Source: an uncultured virus (IMG/VR IMGVR_UViG_3300020445_000001) (lineage: Duplodnaviria > Heunggongvirae > Uroviricota > Caudoviricetes). Taken from it: 64,000 nucleotides of DNA. Positions 35,428 to 45,660 of this stretch are shown here, piece by piece. The stretch lies in the IMG/VR virus record IMGVR_UViG_3300020445_000001. One strand, 5' to 3'. Under the pieces are notes generated by a model that was not told the DNA's origin, did not search any database, and was given only the letters and a program-made list of their open reading frames with translations. The first letter of the stretch is position 1; each line of letters opens with the position of its first letter. The position numbers and the translations under genes are program-made.

Positions 35428-35612
35428 TACCACTCAGACTTAACAATAGTCCAAACTCCGTATGCAATAGCAATGTAAGCAGCCCAAGTTATTAAACCTT
35501 GAAATAATAAACCAACAAGACCTACACCGACTAGCATTGCTCCGTCCCAAGATGTTCTCTCTTGAACTCTATCACTAATCCATTCTCTAGCGTTTTGAAT
35601 CCACTCTACCAT
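35427..35612 (-). CDS. small two-TM protein (holin candidate)
   Basis: ERTSWDG followed by two hydrophobic helices; within the lysis-like cluster. Confidence 0.7.
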   Translation of the reverse strand: MVEWIQNAREWISDRVQERTSWDGAMLVGVGLVGLLFQGLITWAAYIAIAYGVWTIVKSEW

Positions 35613-35613
35613 C

Positions 35614-36204
35614 TTATTCTCCTATTTTTAAATTTCTTTTTCTATGTTTATTCCAAGCAAACCAACCACCAAGTCTTAGTGCCCAGTAGGCAAGATAGTT
35701 TAGAAAATAGAAACCATTTATTTCTATATTGATATCTCTGAAAATTTTATCTGCCTGTTTTTGGTCAACCACCAACAACGAACTTTGTTGTAAGGCAGGT
35801 TTCAGAGCTGCATATTTATAAGCATAATCGTGGATTAAACCACCTAAAAGTAATACCCCAACTGGTGATAAAAAAGTTGCCAAAAACTTTGGCACACTTG
35901 CACCGTCAAAAGAAAAACCTTTTGGTATAACATACTTAACACCTTCTAATTCATAATGAAAATCTTTTGAAACTTGCCATCTTCTTCTACCTAATAACCA
36001 CATTAATATTGCACCCCAAAAACCTCTATCTTTAGTTGCAATTCTAATAGGTTTCATATGAGGGTACTCATCATATTTAAAACTTACTCTCCACTTATTT
36101 ACTTGTTTTCTATCTAGAAAATTAATTAACAATCCAATAAGTATTAATATTATAACAACTGTCCATTGCCAAAATTGTGTTGCGAGTGTTAGTATAAAAT
36201 CCAT
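35614..36204 (-). CDS. DUF1353-like membrane-anchored protein
   Basis: IPKGF.FDGASVP...HDYAY...AD.IF...LR.GG. Confidence 0.8.
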   Translation of the reverse strand: MDFILTLATQFWQWTVVIILILIGLLINFLDRKQVNKWRVSFKYDEYPHMKPIRIATKDRGFWGAILMWLLGRRRWQVSKDFHYELEGVKYVIPKGFSFDGASVPKFLATFLSPVGVLLLGGLIHDYAYKYAALKPALQQSSLLVVDQKQADKIFRDINIEINGFYFLNYLAYWALRLGGWFAWNKHRKRNLKIGE

Positions 36205-36584
36205 TATTTCTCTTCCTTAGATTCTTTTTCGTAATAGTCTTTATAAGACTTAATTATCTCTGATTTAGTTTTAAGGTTATGTCTTATCTGTGCAAAATTC
36301 TTTGCAATAAGTTGATAGTCATTATCTGATAGTCCAAATAAAACTGGGTCAATACCTTGTTCTTCTAGTTTCTTAAATACTTCTTCTGCATTTTCTGATG
36401 TGATAACAATCCATTTAATTGATTCTAATTTACCTAAAACAGGCTCTTCTAAACTAAGAGGCTCTCTTTCAACTGGTGTGAAAAAAGTTTCTATCTTCTT
36501 GATACTAGAACAACTAGTAAGGAATATAATTAGGGTTAGCGATAGAAGGACATTCCCTATTGATTTCACTTTTCTTTGTTGCAT
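36204..36584 (-). CDS. outer-membrane lipoprotein (o-spanin / Rz1-like)
   Basis: Lipobox FLTS-C; overlaps the 3' end of the i-spanin candidate; true start may be downstream. Confidence 0.7.
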   Translation of the reverse strand: MQQRKVKSIGNVLLSLTLIIFLTSCSSIKKIETFFTPVEREPLSLEEPVLGKLESIKWIVITSENAEEVFKKLEEQGIDPVLFGLSDNDYQLIAKNFAQIRHNLKTKSEIIKSYKDYYEKESKEEK

Positions 36585-36987
36585 TTAATTCTTTCTCTGT
36601 TAGTGGTGAACCAGATGATATTTCTACACATCTAAGTGCAGCTGCACTTGCTTTGTTAATTATTCTTTGTATTACTTTGTCTTTTGCGATTGCAGTTTTA
36701 CCTATATCTCTATTACCTTTAGTAAATCTTTTGTCTAAATCGTTTAATTCTTTTTGAAGATTATTTGATAATGTTGTAAGTCTTTGATTTGTTTCTAATA
36801 TTGTTTTGAAATCTTCTTTTTGTTGTGCAATAACTTGTTGTTGGGATTCTACACTTTTTTCTAATACCATATTGTTTGCTTTAAGAATAGCGTTATCTGC
36901 ACGAAGTTTGAATACATAAGTCAATGCACCACCTATACCTATAATCATCACTAAAGTGATTGCCATTTTTGCATAACCAAATATCAT
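36514..36987 (-). CDS. inner-membrane spanin (Rz-like)
   Basis: N-terminal TM, long coiled coil and C-terminal Cys residues. Confidence 0.7.
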   Translation of the reverse strand: MIFGYAKMAITLVMIIGIGGALTYVFKLRADNAILKANNMVLEKSVESQQQVIAQQKEDFKTILETNQRLTTLSNNLQKELNDLDKRFTKGNRDIGKTAIAKDKVIQRIINKASAAALRCVEISSGSPLTEKELNATKKSEINRECPSIANPNYIPY

Positions 36988-37497
36988 TTACTTAAAATCT
37001 TTCTCTGATACTCTACGAATTAATTTTAAAAAGTTTTTATGTTGACTATTTGGTATGTCTAATACACCAGTATTCATTATAATAGACATCTTCTTACCGC
37101 CAAAAGGGTCTTCATCAAATGCGATTCTAATACCACCACTCATATATCTTTCATCAAGTTTAACTTCTTCTACAAAATCTTCCATTCTAATTTTACCAAG
37201 TTTGTTTAAATCAGATGCTTTATAATTGTGTTTTAACATAAGTCTTGACATAGCCATTGTACTAACAAAAGGTATATCTGCTTTATATAATTGAATTAAA
37301 CCATCTTTATTTGAATCAATCTTATCAAATATTTTCATTAAAGGTGTTGGATTAATCTTTTTACCTTTTAAAGGTTCATATGCTTTTTTAAGTTTGTTAA
37401 TCATATCACTACTAAACTTAGATGCATTTAAATCAGCCATAGGTTTAGAAGTTAAATCTGCATAAGGAAAATTGTAATATTCTTTAAACTTTTTCAT
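36988..37497 (-). CDS. putative internal head protein
   Basis: MKKFKEY N-terminus; EEVKLDE site. Confidence 0.65.
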   Translation of the reverse strand: MKKFKEYYNFPYADLTSKPMADLNASKFSSDMINKLKKAYEPLKGKKINPTPLMKIFDKIDSNKDGLIQLYKADIPFVSTMAMSRLMLKHNYKASDLNKLGKIRMEDFVEEVKLDERYMSGGIRIAFDEDPFGGKKMSIIMNTGVLDIPNSQHKNFLKLIRRVSEKDFK

Positions 37498-37503
37498 ATC
37501 AAC

Positions 37504-39474
37504 CTACGCAAACTTCACTTGTTTCATTGCAAACTTTTGTAACTTTAAAAAGTCAGTAATTGTTCCGTTCATCAATTTTTCTATTTTCTTTTTATTATCT
37601 GGTTTTACTGCATCATATACTTTCATAATTGCATTTGCAGTAAACAAGTCAACAGTTGCTTGCTTGTCTTTGAACTTAACTTTTTGATTTTGTTTTCTTT
37701 TCACAATGTTTTGTAAAACTTTTAAATTAGTTTCTACAAGTTCGTGTTCATTTCCAAACTCATTTACTTTTTCTAGAATAGATGCAGTAAATGTTGTTTG
37801 AATTTGTAGTTCTTCTTTTAACCTTTTATTCAACATACTATCTTCTTGTGGTGTTGGAGAACCTTTTCCAAAATCACCGACATCAGTAGGACTACCCATT
37901 GATGATTTACCAATAACTGTTCTTCCAAAATCGTTTATTTGTTTTTTACTACCTTTAACTCTTACATATTTTCCTAAGAGTGCAGCTTTTAAACCTAAAC
38001 CTTTTGCACCATTATATACCTTGAGTCCCATAATATTATCTTTTGTTTTAAGTGTCATAACTTCTTCTGTTATTTCCATTATTTCTTCCTTGAATGTTCC
38101 CTTGAATGTAATTTGTTTAGGGTCTGACACACCTAATTTCTTTAAGATTGCATCTATTTTACTAGGATTAATTTTCGTCTTTATAGGGTCATACTCACCC
38201 TTACCAGCCCTACCAGTACCTAATTTAATTGGTTTAACACCCATATTCATAAGTGTTTTAACTAACAACATTGCAGTTCTGTCATTAGTAAAATCTGCAA
38301 GTCTATTTAAGATAACACTTCTTGGGTCAATTTTACTATATGCTTTCTTTTGGTTTTTATATGGAAAGTCTTTTAATCTGCCTGGTGCATCATCTAATTC
38401 ACCAGCAAGTGCAGCTATATCATCACCTAATTCATCATCTGGAATATGTGTATCTACAAAATCATATGCTTGTTTTGCATTAGGTTTTTTCTTAAAAAAC
38501 TTAGTTAATTCATAACCAGATTTGTTTGATACTTCTGGGTTTCTATTGAAAATACCACTAGACATAGTTCCTTCTGTAATCTCTTCTACTACATTTTTAG
38601 GAAATGATTTTTTGATATAAGCAACTACTGACTGAGTATGTTTTCCGTCCATCTTTGCAACAACCTTAAACTTATTACCAGATGAAGTTGCAATAGTTTG
38701 AGCACCTAAACCACCCTTTGTTAATTTTTTACCATCTGTGGATAGTGTATCACCTTCCATAGATTTACCATCATAAAATGCATCTACAACTTTTTTATCT
38801 TTTGGTTTTAGTGCTTCTTCAAGTTCAACTTCTTCTTTTACACTATTTTGAAGGTACTTTATACTTTTTACTGATTTAAATTTCTTTGCAATTTTATCAA
38901 GACCTTTATACAAGATTTCATATGCAGCTAAATCAGCTTCATCTTTAGGTCTAACACTTACACTACTTGCGTGTGCATCTCGTCCTTTTTCAAAATGTAT
39001 AACTTGTTTAATACCTAATTTTTGTTTACTTTTTTCAACATAATCATTAAACTTTTTTGCGTCACCAAATGACTTAAAATGAAAAAGAATTTCATCTGGT
39101 GATTTTTCATCAAGTTCAACTTCTTCTTTAGTTCTGCCTTTTAGTAAACGATGAATTAATTTTGCTTCTTTACCACCAACTTTGAGGCCTGATTTTCTGA
39201 TTTCTTTATCAATTCCTTTTTTATTATACTCATCAAGTTCAACTTCCTCTGTAACTCTTCTTGCTTCTCTTGCTTTGAGTATTCTCTCAACAAATTTCTT
39301 TGCAATAGATGTTCTACCGTCATACAATTTTTTCTTTTTCTTTTTCATAGCAACTGTTGGGTCATCACCAGTGGCTGCAACACCAGCAGTAGATGTTGTC
39401 GGTACATCTTCTTTTACATCTTTCTCTGGGAATCCAGTGAAAGGGTCTACTCTTACATATTTTTTCTTATCCAT
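37504..39474 (-). CDS. putative internal virion polyprotein
   Basis: Modules separated by EEVELDE / EEVELEE / EITE linkers. Confidence 0.7.
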   Translation of the reverse strand: MDKKKYVRVDPFTGFPEKDVKEDVPTTSTAGVAATGDDPTVAMKKKKKKLYDGRTSIAKKFVERILKAREARRVTEEVELDEYNKKGIDKEIRKSGLKVGGKEAKLIHRLLKGRTKEEVELDEKSPDEILFHFKSFGDAKKFNDYVEKSKQKLGIKQVIHFEKGRDAHASSVSVRPKDEADLAAYEILYKGLDKIAKKFKSVKSIKYLQNSVKEEVELEEALKPKDKKVVDAFYDGKSMEGDTLSTDGKKLTKGGLGAQTIATSSGNKFKVVAKMDGKHTQSVVAYIKKSFPKNVVEEITEGTMSSGIFNRNPEVSNKSGYELTKFFKKKPNAKQAYDFVDTHIPDDELGDDIAALAGELDDAPGRLKDFPYKNQKKAYSKIDPRSVILNRLADFTNDRTAMLLVKTLMNMGVKPIKLGTGRAGKGEYDPIKTKINPSKIDAILKKLGVSDPKQITFKGTFKEEIMEITEEVMTLKTKDNIMGLKVYNGAKGLGLKAALLGKYVRVKGSKKQINDFGRTVIGKSSMGSPTDVGDFGKGSPTPQEDSMLNKRLKEELQIQTTFTASILEKVNEFGNEHELVETNLKVLQNIVKRKQNQKVKFKDKQATVDLFTANAIMKVYDAVKPDNKKKIEKLMNGTITDFLKLQKFAMKQVKFA

Positions 39475-40112
39475 TAAATTTCTCCTAGTGCATCTTCTAC
39501 TGATACTGGTTCAATATCATCCATACTTACAAAAATCTTACTATTACTATTAGTATGTAGGACTGCAAAAACTGGAACACCTAATACTGTATCAGAAGGT
39601 AATGTGTCTTCCAATGTTTCTACATCATCATCTTTTTTTAGTAAAGGTATGTCCTCATCATCATCTTTTATAATATCGTTTGAGAGTTTATAAACACCCT
39701 TTGGTAATCTACCATCAACTAAATCAACTTCTTCAGTAATCGTGTCATCTAGTTTAATATCATTTTCTTTTATAAACTTTAAAAATTCTCTTTCAAACAT
39801 TTTAGGGTCAACACCCTCTTTGAATGTGTCCTTTAATAAAAAAAGTGCAGCTGCATAAGTTCCAACTTTAGAACCTAGTCCAGGCACTCTTGCAAAAATT
39901 CTTTTAATATTGAATACTAACTTGTGGAGAACAGTATATGCATTTCTCTCTTTTATAGTTGAGAGTTTTGTTGGTTGTGTTGTTCCAGGCACAACTTGTC
40001 GTAAACCTTTTTCGTTAATAATACCAAGTTTAAATGCATCAGTTTTTTCAAAAGGTGTTACTAATAATTTAATAAACCTATAAGTTACAAATAAATCTAT
40101 CGCAGTTCCCAT
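39474..40112 (-). CDS. conserved T4-like virion-associated protein
   Basis: DLFVTYRF.KLL.TPF...A.KLGII...G motif. Confidence 0.75.
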   Translation of the reverse strand: MGTAIDLFVTYRFIKLLVTPFEKTDAFKLGIINEKGLRQVVPGTTQPTKLSTIKERNAYTVLHKLVFNIKRIFARVPGLGSKVGTYAAALFLLKDTFKEGVDPKMFEREFLKFIKENDIKLDDTITEEVDLVDGRLPKGVYKLSNDIIKDDDEDIPLLKKDDDVETLEDTLPSDTVLGVPVFAVLHTNSNSKIFVSMDDIEPVSVEDALGEI

Positions 40113-40474
40113 TAAATATTCCTTAAAATACTTTCTACTTTTTCGTCATTCTCTATATTTTCTAACTCACCTACTGGAAGAATTTTTAAAAATTCCATAA
40201 ATGGTTTTATATATTTCCATAACGAAGTTTCTAGTTTAAATAATAAAAGTGTTGAACACGCATCTGCACCAAAGACATTATTTAAAACAATTATGTGATT
40301 TAAAATCAATCGTTCTTTCAAAGGCCCATTGTCTTGATACTTTCTCAACAATCTCTTAATATATTTGAATCTCTTCATATCATCAAGAAATTCTTTTTCA
40401 TTATCCCCTTGAGGATTATTATAATGTTTCATCGCATACATCATAACATTATCAACAGTTATTTTCTCAAACAT
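40112..40474 (-). CDS. conserved T4-like hypothetical protein
   Basis: Y.NP...EF.DD.KRFKYIKRL...ERLILNH.I.L.NVFG. Confidence 0.8.
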   Translation of the reverse strand: MFEKITVDNVMMYAMKHYNNPQGDNEKEFLDDMKRFKYIKRLLRKYQDNGPLKERLILNHIIVLNNVFGADACSTLLLFKLETSLWKYIKPFMEFLKILPVGELENIENDEKVESILRNI

Positions 40475-40905
40475 TATTTAATTTCGGCAGTGACCTTGAA
40501 TTTTCCATTTTCTTTTTTTTCATAAACAAAATTAATGGAACGACCACCTTCAACTCTATGTGAAATACCATCATCATTAACAAACTCATTGTGAGGTGTG
40601 TCAATGTCTTTACCAAATCTACCACCGAATTGTGTTAACGGTGCAGATATGTTTCCAGAATCTTCTACTACATCAACATTTGGAAATGTTAATCCAATAC
40701 TTGCAAGTCTTCTTCTCACAACACTAATAGTTTGTTCTGGTAACATATGATCCATTTCGGCAATACAACCCAAAAATGAATTAAGTTTTCTAACAACACC
40801 ATCATCAGACACATCAACCATATCGTGGTCGGAGTCGTGTTGTGCATTAGAGTTAGCGGGTTTTGTTCCCTTTAGTTCAGTAATATACTGTTTAAAATCT
40901 ATCAT
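40474..40905 (-). CDS. putative virion protein
   Basis: MIDFKQYITE N-terminus; QFGGR.GK motif. Confidence 0.75.
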   Translation of the reverse strand: MIDFKQYITELKGTKPANSNAQHDSDHDMVDVSDDGVVRKLNSFLGCIAEMDHMLPEQTISVVRRRLASIGLTFPNVDVVEDSGNISAPLTQFGGRFGKDIDTPHNEFVNDDGISHRVEGGRSINFVYEKKENGKFKVTAEIK

Positions 40906-40940
40906 TATGATTTCCCTAATTTATTATTTTAAAACCATCA

Positions 40941-40963
40941 GCACGAGGAATTAAACCTCGTGC
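40941..40963. terminator. intergenic stem-loop (terminator or processing site)
   Basis: GCACGAGG-7 nt-CCTCGTGC perfect inverted repeat; weak U-tract. Confidence 0.6.
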
Positions 40964-41003
40964 CTTTAGTCTTATATTTTTTCAATCATCTTTAAGTCAG
41001 ACA

Positions 41004-41468
41004 TTACTGAATGACAGTAGCAATACTTGTTGCGAAAGATGAAGTTGCAACTGCAGCCCAAGCAGTACCAGTATACATTAATGATACTGATTCACCAGCT
41101 GCATCTAGTACAACAGTAGTACCAGAACCAACTGTGGCGGCAGGAGTTACAGTGATGTTATTGCCAGCAGTAGTACAAATAATTGTCTTCAACTGACCAG
41201 TTACACCAGCTGCAAGTGTTACAGTTACTGCACCACCAGATGAATCAACTGTTGAAACAGCAGTAGAAACTGAAACAGCAGTAGAAGTATTAGTTAGTGC
41301 TTCTGTACTGTTAGTTGCAACGAATGTTGGAATATAGTTAAATACATTCGCAGCTGAAATTTTCTTATTGATAGGTGTACCAGTTGGGTCATCTACAATG
41401 TGAAATAAATCAGCAGTTGCGATACCAGACCCTAAGTCTGTTAACGCAGTAATTTTCTTATCAGCCAT
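41004..41468 (-). CDS. structural fibre/decoration-like protein
   Basis: MADKKIT.L N-terminus; Thr/Ala-rich beta C-terminal domain. Confidence 0.7.
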   Translation of the reverse strand: MADKKITALTDLGSGIATADLFHIVDDPTGTPINKKISAANVFNYIPTFVATNSTEALTNTSTAVSVSTAVSTVDSSGGAVTVTLAAGVTGQLKTIICTTAGNNITVTPAATVGSGTTVVLDAAGESVSLMYTGTAWAAVATSSFATSIATVIQ

Positions 41469-41485
41469 ATTTTATCTCCTATGGT

Positions 41486-41722
41486 CTAAACCCCAGCAAT
41501 AGTGTGGGGAATGTTACTGTCGGCATCAGATTTTTCATCTTTTCCGACATCAGTTTTATCACCGAATTCATTACAAAGCGCTATGGCACCAGCGATAGAG
41601 AATTTAGTTTGTTTCAACGACTCTACTTTTTTGAGTGCCTCTACAAGTTGATTCTCTACCTTTGATAATTCAACTTGTAATTCTTGTTTTCTCGTTTCAA
41701 TATCTTTTAATTCTAAAGACAT
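41486..41722 (-). CDS. small coiled-coil protein (fibre chaperone-like)
   Basis: Coiled coil ending I.GAI. Confidence 0.65.
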   Translation of the reverse strand: MSLELKDIETRKQELQVELSKVENQLVEALKKVESLKQTKFSIAGAIALCNEFGDKTDVGKDEKSDADSNIPHTIAGV

Positions 41723-41745
41723 AATATACTCCTATAATTTAGATT

Positions 41746-43266
41746 CTAGCTATCTGGTAGTGCGATATCATCAGCAGCATCACCAGAAATACTTGAAGCA
41801 GCAACTAGAGTTTCATATTGAACTCTACCAGCACGACCACCAGTACCTACTGTTTTCTTAACCCAACCTACATGGCTAAGTTCTGTGGTGTTACTATCAC
41901 CGTCATTACCTAAACCAGTTGAAGCTACAGCAGTTGCTGTTGTTGCACCAGTTACAATAGTAAATGTTTGAGCACTATGACCAGTACCAATATTAATCGC
42001 AGTTCCACCAGAAGTGGCTGCAATCTTAAAGGTATTCGCAGTTACATCTCTTGCAAAAACAGTTTGTCCATTAGTTACATTGGTCATCAAAGTACCACCA
42101 CCTACTTGGTTGTAAGTGATTTGGTCAGTATTTGACAATCCGTGTGCAGTAAATGTGATTACATCAGTACCAGCATTTACATTACCAGTTGGAATAGTCA
42201 TTTTTGGTGCTTCAACTGTTACAGCTGGTGTAGATTGATAATCAGAACCTACTGCTGTTACAGTAATTGCAGAAACAGCTCCACCAGAAACTGTTGCAGT
42301 TGCAGTTGCAGTAGTACCAGTTAATGTTTGTGAATTGTTACCAGTATTACCAGAACCACCAGTCATATCAAGATTAGTACCAGCTTGTGCATTAGAAAGT
42401 GAACTTGCAAGTTTAATAGTGTCTTCATCTACACGAATAACAAATAATTCAGTATCATCTGCAATAGAACCACTATTTTGACCAAGATTAGTTCCACCTT
42501 GACTATTATAAGTCAATGATGTACCAGTTCTCATATTGTGGCCTGTAATTGTAAATGTATCATTTGCAAGTGAAACATTTGCAGTTGTAAGAACTCTTGC
42601 AGTTGGCCCTGCAACAGTAATAGTTGGTGCTTGTACATATCTTGCACCAGTAGTTGATGTTAATGCAATATCAGTTACATTATCAACACCAGCAACAGAT
42701 TCGCCTTCATCTATACCAAATACGGTGCTGTCAATAGTTCCACCGTGTCCGTTTATTGGTGGTCTTGATACAGTTGCGGCAACACCACTTTCTGTACTTC
42801 CACCAAAGTTAGATGTTAATGTCATACCAGTATTTGTTTCACCAATAAATGTTTGTGAATTGTTACCAGTTCCAGTTAAATCAATTACTGAACCACCTTC
42901 TGTTGCAGATACATCTATTGTATTTGCATCGTGAACAGTTTTAACATATACGATTTGTCCGTCTGTTAATCCAGCGATTGCAGTTCCACCAGCTGCACTA
43001 TATGTGAGTGGTGTGTTTGCAGTATATCCGTGTGCAGTAATGGTAATTCTTTCATTACTTGCGTTCACACTAGATGTAGCAACTGTTCTAGGTGGTGTAA
43101 GGTCTTTTACTCTCACTTTTTCTCCACCAGCTGTAGTAACTACATCACCGATTTTTACTTCGGATTTGTATGCTCCACTTGCATTAGCTTGTACAATCGC
43201 ACTTCCATTCGTGTAAGTGTGAGTACCAGATAAAGCGGAGCCATCATTCATACTCCATAAACTCAT
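41746..43266 (-). CDS. virion structural protein with three internal beta-repeat domains
   Basis: Three ITITAHG/TITGHN/TFTAHG...Y...GG...(I/F)(K/D)(L/V/I)(A/S) modules; HVGWV...GRV.YETLVA C-terminus; late promoter upstream. Confidence 0.8.
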   Translation of the reverse strand: MSLWSMNDGSALSGTHTYTNGSAIVQANASGAYKSEVKIGDVVTTAGGEKVRVKDLTPPRTVATSSVNASNERITITAHGYTANTPLTYSAAGGTAIAGLTDGQIVYVKTVHDANTIDVSATEGGSVIDLTGTGNNSQTFIGETNTGMTLTSNFGGSTESGVAATVSRPPINGHGGTIDSTVFGIDEGESVAGVDNVTDIALTSTTGARYVQAPTITVAGPTARVLTTANVSLANDTFTITGHNMRTGTSLTYNSQGGTNLGQNSGSIADDTELFVIRVDEDTIKLASSLSNAQAGTNLDMTGGSGNTGNNSQTLTGTTATATATVSGGAVSAITVTAVGSDYQSTPAVTVEAPKMTIPTGNVNAGTDVITFTAHGLSNTDQITYNQVGGGTLMTNVTNGQTVFARDVTANTFKIAATSGGTAINIGTGHSAQTFTIVTGATTATAVASTGLGNDGDSNTTELSHVGWVKKTVGTGGRAGRVQYETLVAASSISGDAADDIALPDS

Positions 43267-43290
43267 TGTTTTCTCCTTATAGTTTTATAA

Positions 43291-43818
43291 CTATTTATAA
43301 CCTAATTTTTTCAATTCGTTTAATGTTGTACTCACAGACATATGATGTATTCCGATACCACCTTTTGATTTCCACTCTTTAATATTTTTAGCGTGGTCAT
43401 CAATTAAAACATTAGGTTTATTGTTTGTCATTGCAAAATCTTGTTTTTGAGAACGCCTTACTAAATGTATACGACTTCTCTGTGTTAAACTCAAATTCTT
43501 TCTCAACCATTTCATTTTACCAGGCACACAGTTACTATCTTTTGTTGAATATGCAGATAATATATGTGAACCATATTTATTAACGAAACTCCATAATCTC
43601 TTTGCTCCAGGCATCCATTCTAAGTTTTCCCAAAAGGTTTTATTCTTGTGAATAGTTGCCCATCTTTTTGCATTATCCATTTTTACAAAGGTTTGACCGA
43701 CTTCTTTATCGGCACCTCCTAAAAAATTAACCAACACCATATCCATATCGCAAAATAGTGTCGGTAATTCCTCTTTCTCACTTAATGTAGAATTATAAAC
43801 ATCATAAAAATTTTTCAC
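43291..43818 (-). CDS. HAD-family 5'(3')-deoxyribonucleotidase-like phosphatase
   Basis: DMDMVL.NF motif I, K..W, LIDD...NI.EW...GG. Confidence 0.88.
   Translation of the reverse strand: MKNFYDVYNSTLSEKEELPTLFCDMDMVLVNFLGGADKEVGQTFVKMDNAKRWATIHKNKTFWENLEWMPGAKRLWSFVNKYGSHILSAYSTKDSNCVPGKMKWLRKNLSLTQRSRIHLVRRSQKQDFAMTNNKPNVLIDDHAKNIKEWKSKGGIGIHHMSVSTTLNELKKLGYK
43292..43299 (-). promoter_or_regulatory. T4-type late promoter TATAAATA
   Basis: Exact consensus before the structural operon. Confidence 0.75.
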
Positions 43819-43841
43819 TTTACCTCTCTTTTCATTCTGTT

Positions 43842-43872
43842 ATTATAACATACTATCGTAACTTGTCAACCC
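43842..43872 (-). promoter_or_regulatory. sigma70-type promoter, GGGTTGACA class
   Basis: GGGTTGACA, 16 nt, TG-n-TATAAT. Confidence 0.8.
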
Positions 43873-44690
43873 TATGCAGATTTTTTTTCTTCTTTAGAAG
43901 TTTCAATATCTGACATTGGTTTACCAGTCATAGTTTTATTCATTTTTTTACTTTTGATAATCTCTTTGTCTTCTTTGTCTTTCTTATGGTTTTCGTGTTT
44001 TCCTTCAGTAACAATTTCTAAATCTTTAGCAGGAACTCTTTTTTCAATTCCGTGTTGAAACCAAATGTCATACCATTCAACCATACCTTTTTTATCTGGG
44101 TCGGCGTGCATAGAGTGTATTGTATTACCTCTACCCCATTTTTCGTGTACTACATTTTTTGCACACATATGCCATTGGTTAGCTGGGTTAGGTGAATCTT
44201 CTAGTTTATTTTCTTCTAATGATTCTTTATAAACTCTTTTACCTTGACTATGAAGTTGTTTAGCAATTTTAGCATTAGGGGCAAAAATGTGATTCTTATT
44301 ATCAGGCGTATTTGAATTATCTTTTTTAACCTTACCACCTTTAACAATAAATCTATCATTTTCATAAGCGTCAGATTCTTTTACTGAATCACTCCATACT
44401 TTTTTTAGAGCATCTCTCATAGTGTCAACTTTAAAATATGCATTTTCATTTTTAGACATTTTTGATTCCTTTTCAGTTTCTTTTTTCATTGCTTTAGTGA
44501 TTGCCTTTCTTTTCTTGTGAAGAAATTTATCACTTGAATCCACATCTCCATCATTATCAATATCTTTATCTTTTCTATCGTCAAACTTTTTCTTTACAGC
44601 GTCTTTATTTACTGGGTCTAATTTTTTCTCGTAAACAGATAACACGGCATTTTCCAAAGTTCCATTTTTTGTATCAAAATACTTTGTCAT
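43872..44690 (-). CDS. putative internal virion protein with EF-hand-like DIDNDGD motif
   Basis: DKDIDNDGDVDSSD; HxCA..V.H..WG.G module. Confidence 0.7.
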   Translation of the reverse strand: MTKYFDTKNGTLENAVLSVYEKKLDPVNKDAVKKKFDDRKDKDIDNDGDVDSSDKFLHKKRKAITKAMKKETEKESKMSKNENAYFKVDTMRDALKKVWSDSVKESDAYENDRFIVKGGKVKKDNSNTPDNKNHIFAPNAKIAKQLHSQGKRVYKESLEENKLEDSPNPANQWHMCAKNVVHEKWGRGNTIHSMHADPDKKGMVEWYDIWFQHGIEKRVPAKDLEIVTEGKHENHKKDKEDKEIIKSKKMNKTMTGKPMSDIETSKEEKKSA

Positions 44691-45652
44691 TAATTTTCTC
44701 CTTGTTTCTCACGACTTGCATTAGTAACATCTTTAATTTTTGCTCTTTGCATAATTCTGTCGTGTTTATCGTTCATTCTCTCTTTTTCTCTATCAATTAA
44801 TTCTTTGGCTGCATCAGTAGCATCACCTTCCATCATATCAATATGTTTTTGAACTCTTTCAGCTTGACCTAAATGTAGTTTAGATGCACCTTTAAGTTCT
44901 TCAACAACTTTTTTCATATCTTCTATATCACCCTCTTCTTCCATAATAACACTTTCTTCAATAGGGTTCAGAATATAATCTCTCATTTTGTTCATACTGT
45001 TTGATGCAACTGCAAGTTTATTAGTCCACCAAGTTGGTAGTGTACCTTCCTTATCCATAGAGTCTAGTTTACTCATAATTTCATTTGCATCTTCAATAAC
45101 TGTTTTACATTTTCTAATCATTGATGGAACATCACTATGACCATCTTCATTAAGTTCTTCTTTTAGTGCCTTTTCTGTTTTCTTTGCAATATCTTGTCCA
45201 AACTTCTTTGCAAGTGCAGACATAAGTTGTTTATCAAACTTCTTAACTTCAGGCCCCTTTTTAATACCTTTTTTTTCTAATTCACGATAATACTTAAATA
45301 AAGATGGTGATTTAATTTCAATTTTATTTGCAATTTCTATTCTTGCTTTCAAACCAAGTCCCTTTTCTCTAAGTTGTCTTGCTCTTATAACAAGGGCATC
45401 TTTTGTTGTTAATGACAATGACTGAGGATTCGTCATTGATACTTCATCAAGTTCAAAAGATTCTTTTTTTGCCATCTTTGTTGCAACACCCATTTTTACT
45501 TGCATACCTTTTTCTTTACCATATCTTTTTTCAAAATCTTTTAATGGTAAATCTTTTGCAATCTTTTCTCTGCGTTTCAATTCAGTTGGAGTCAGTTCTC
45601 TTTCCCTAACTTGTTGATACATCTCTGTCATAGTTTTTCTATATGTTGTCAT
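44690..45652 (-). CDS. putative internal virion polyprotein
   Basis: ESFELDE / EELNE linkers; LPTWWTNK module. Confidence 0.7.
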   Translation of the reverse strand: MTTYRKTMTEMYQQVRERELTPTELKRREKIAKDLPLKDFEKRYGKEKGMQVKMGVATKMAKKESFELDEVSMTNPQSLSLTTKDALVIRARQLREKGLGLKARIEIANKIEIKSPSLFKYYRELEKKGIKKGPEVKKFDKQLMSALAKKFGQDIAKKTEKALKEELNEDGHSDVPSMIRKCKTVIEDANEIMSKLDSMDKEGTLPTWWTNKLAVASNSMNKMRDYILNPIEESVIMEEEGDIEDMKKVVEELKGASKLHLGQAERVQKHIDMMEGDATDAAKELIDREKERMNDKHDRIMQRAKIKDVTNASREKQGEN

Positions 45653-45660
45653 ATTTATTC

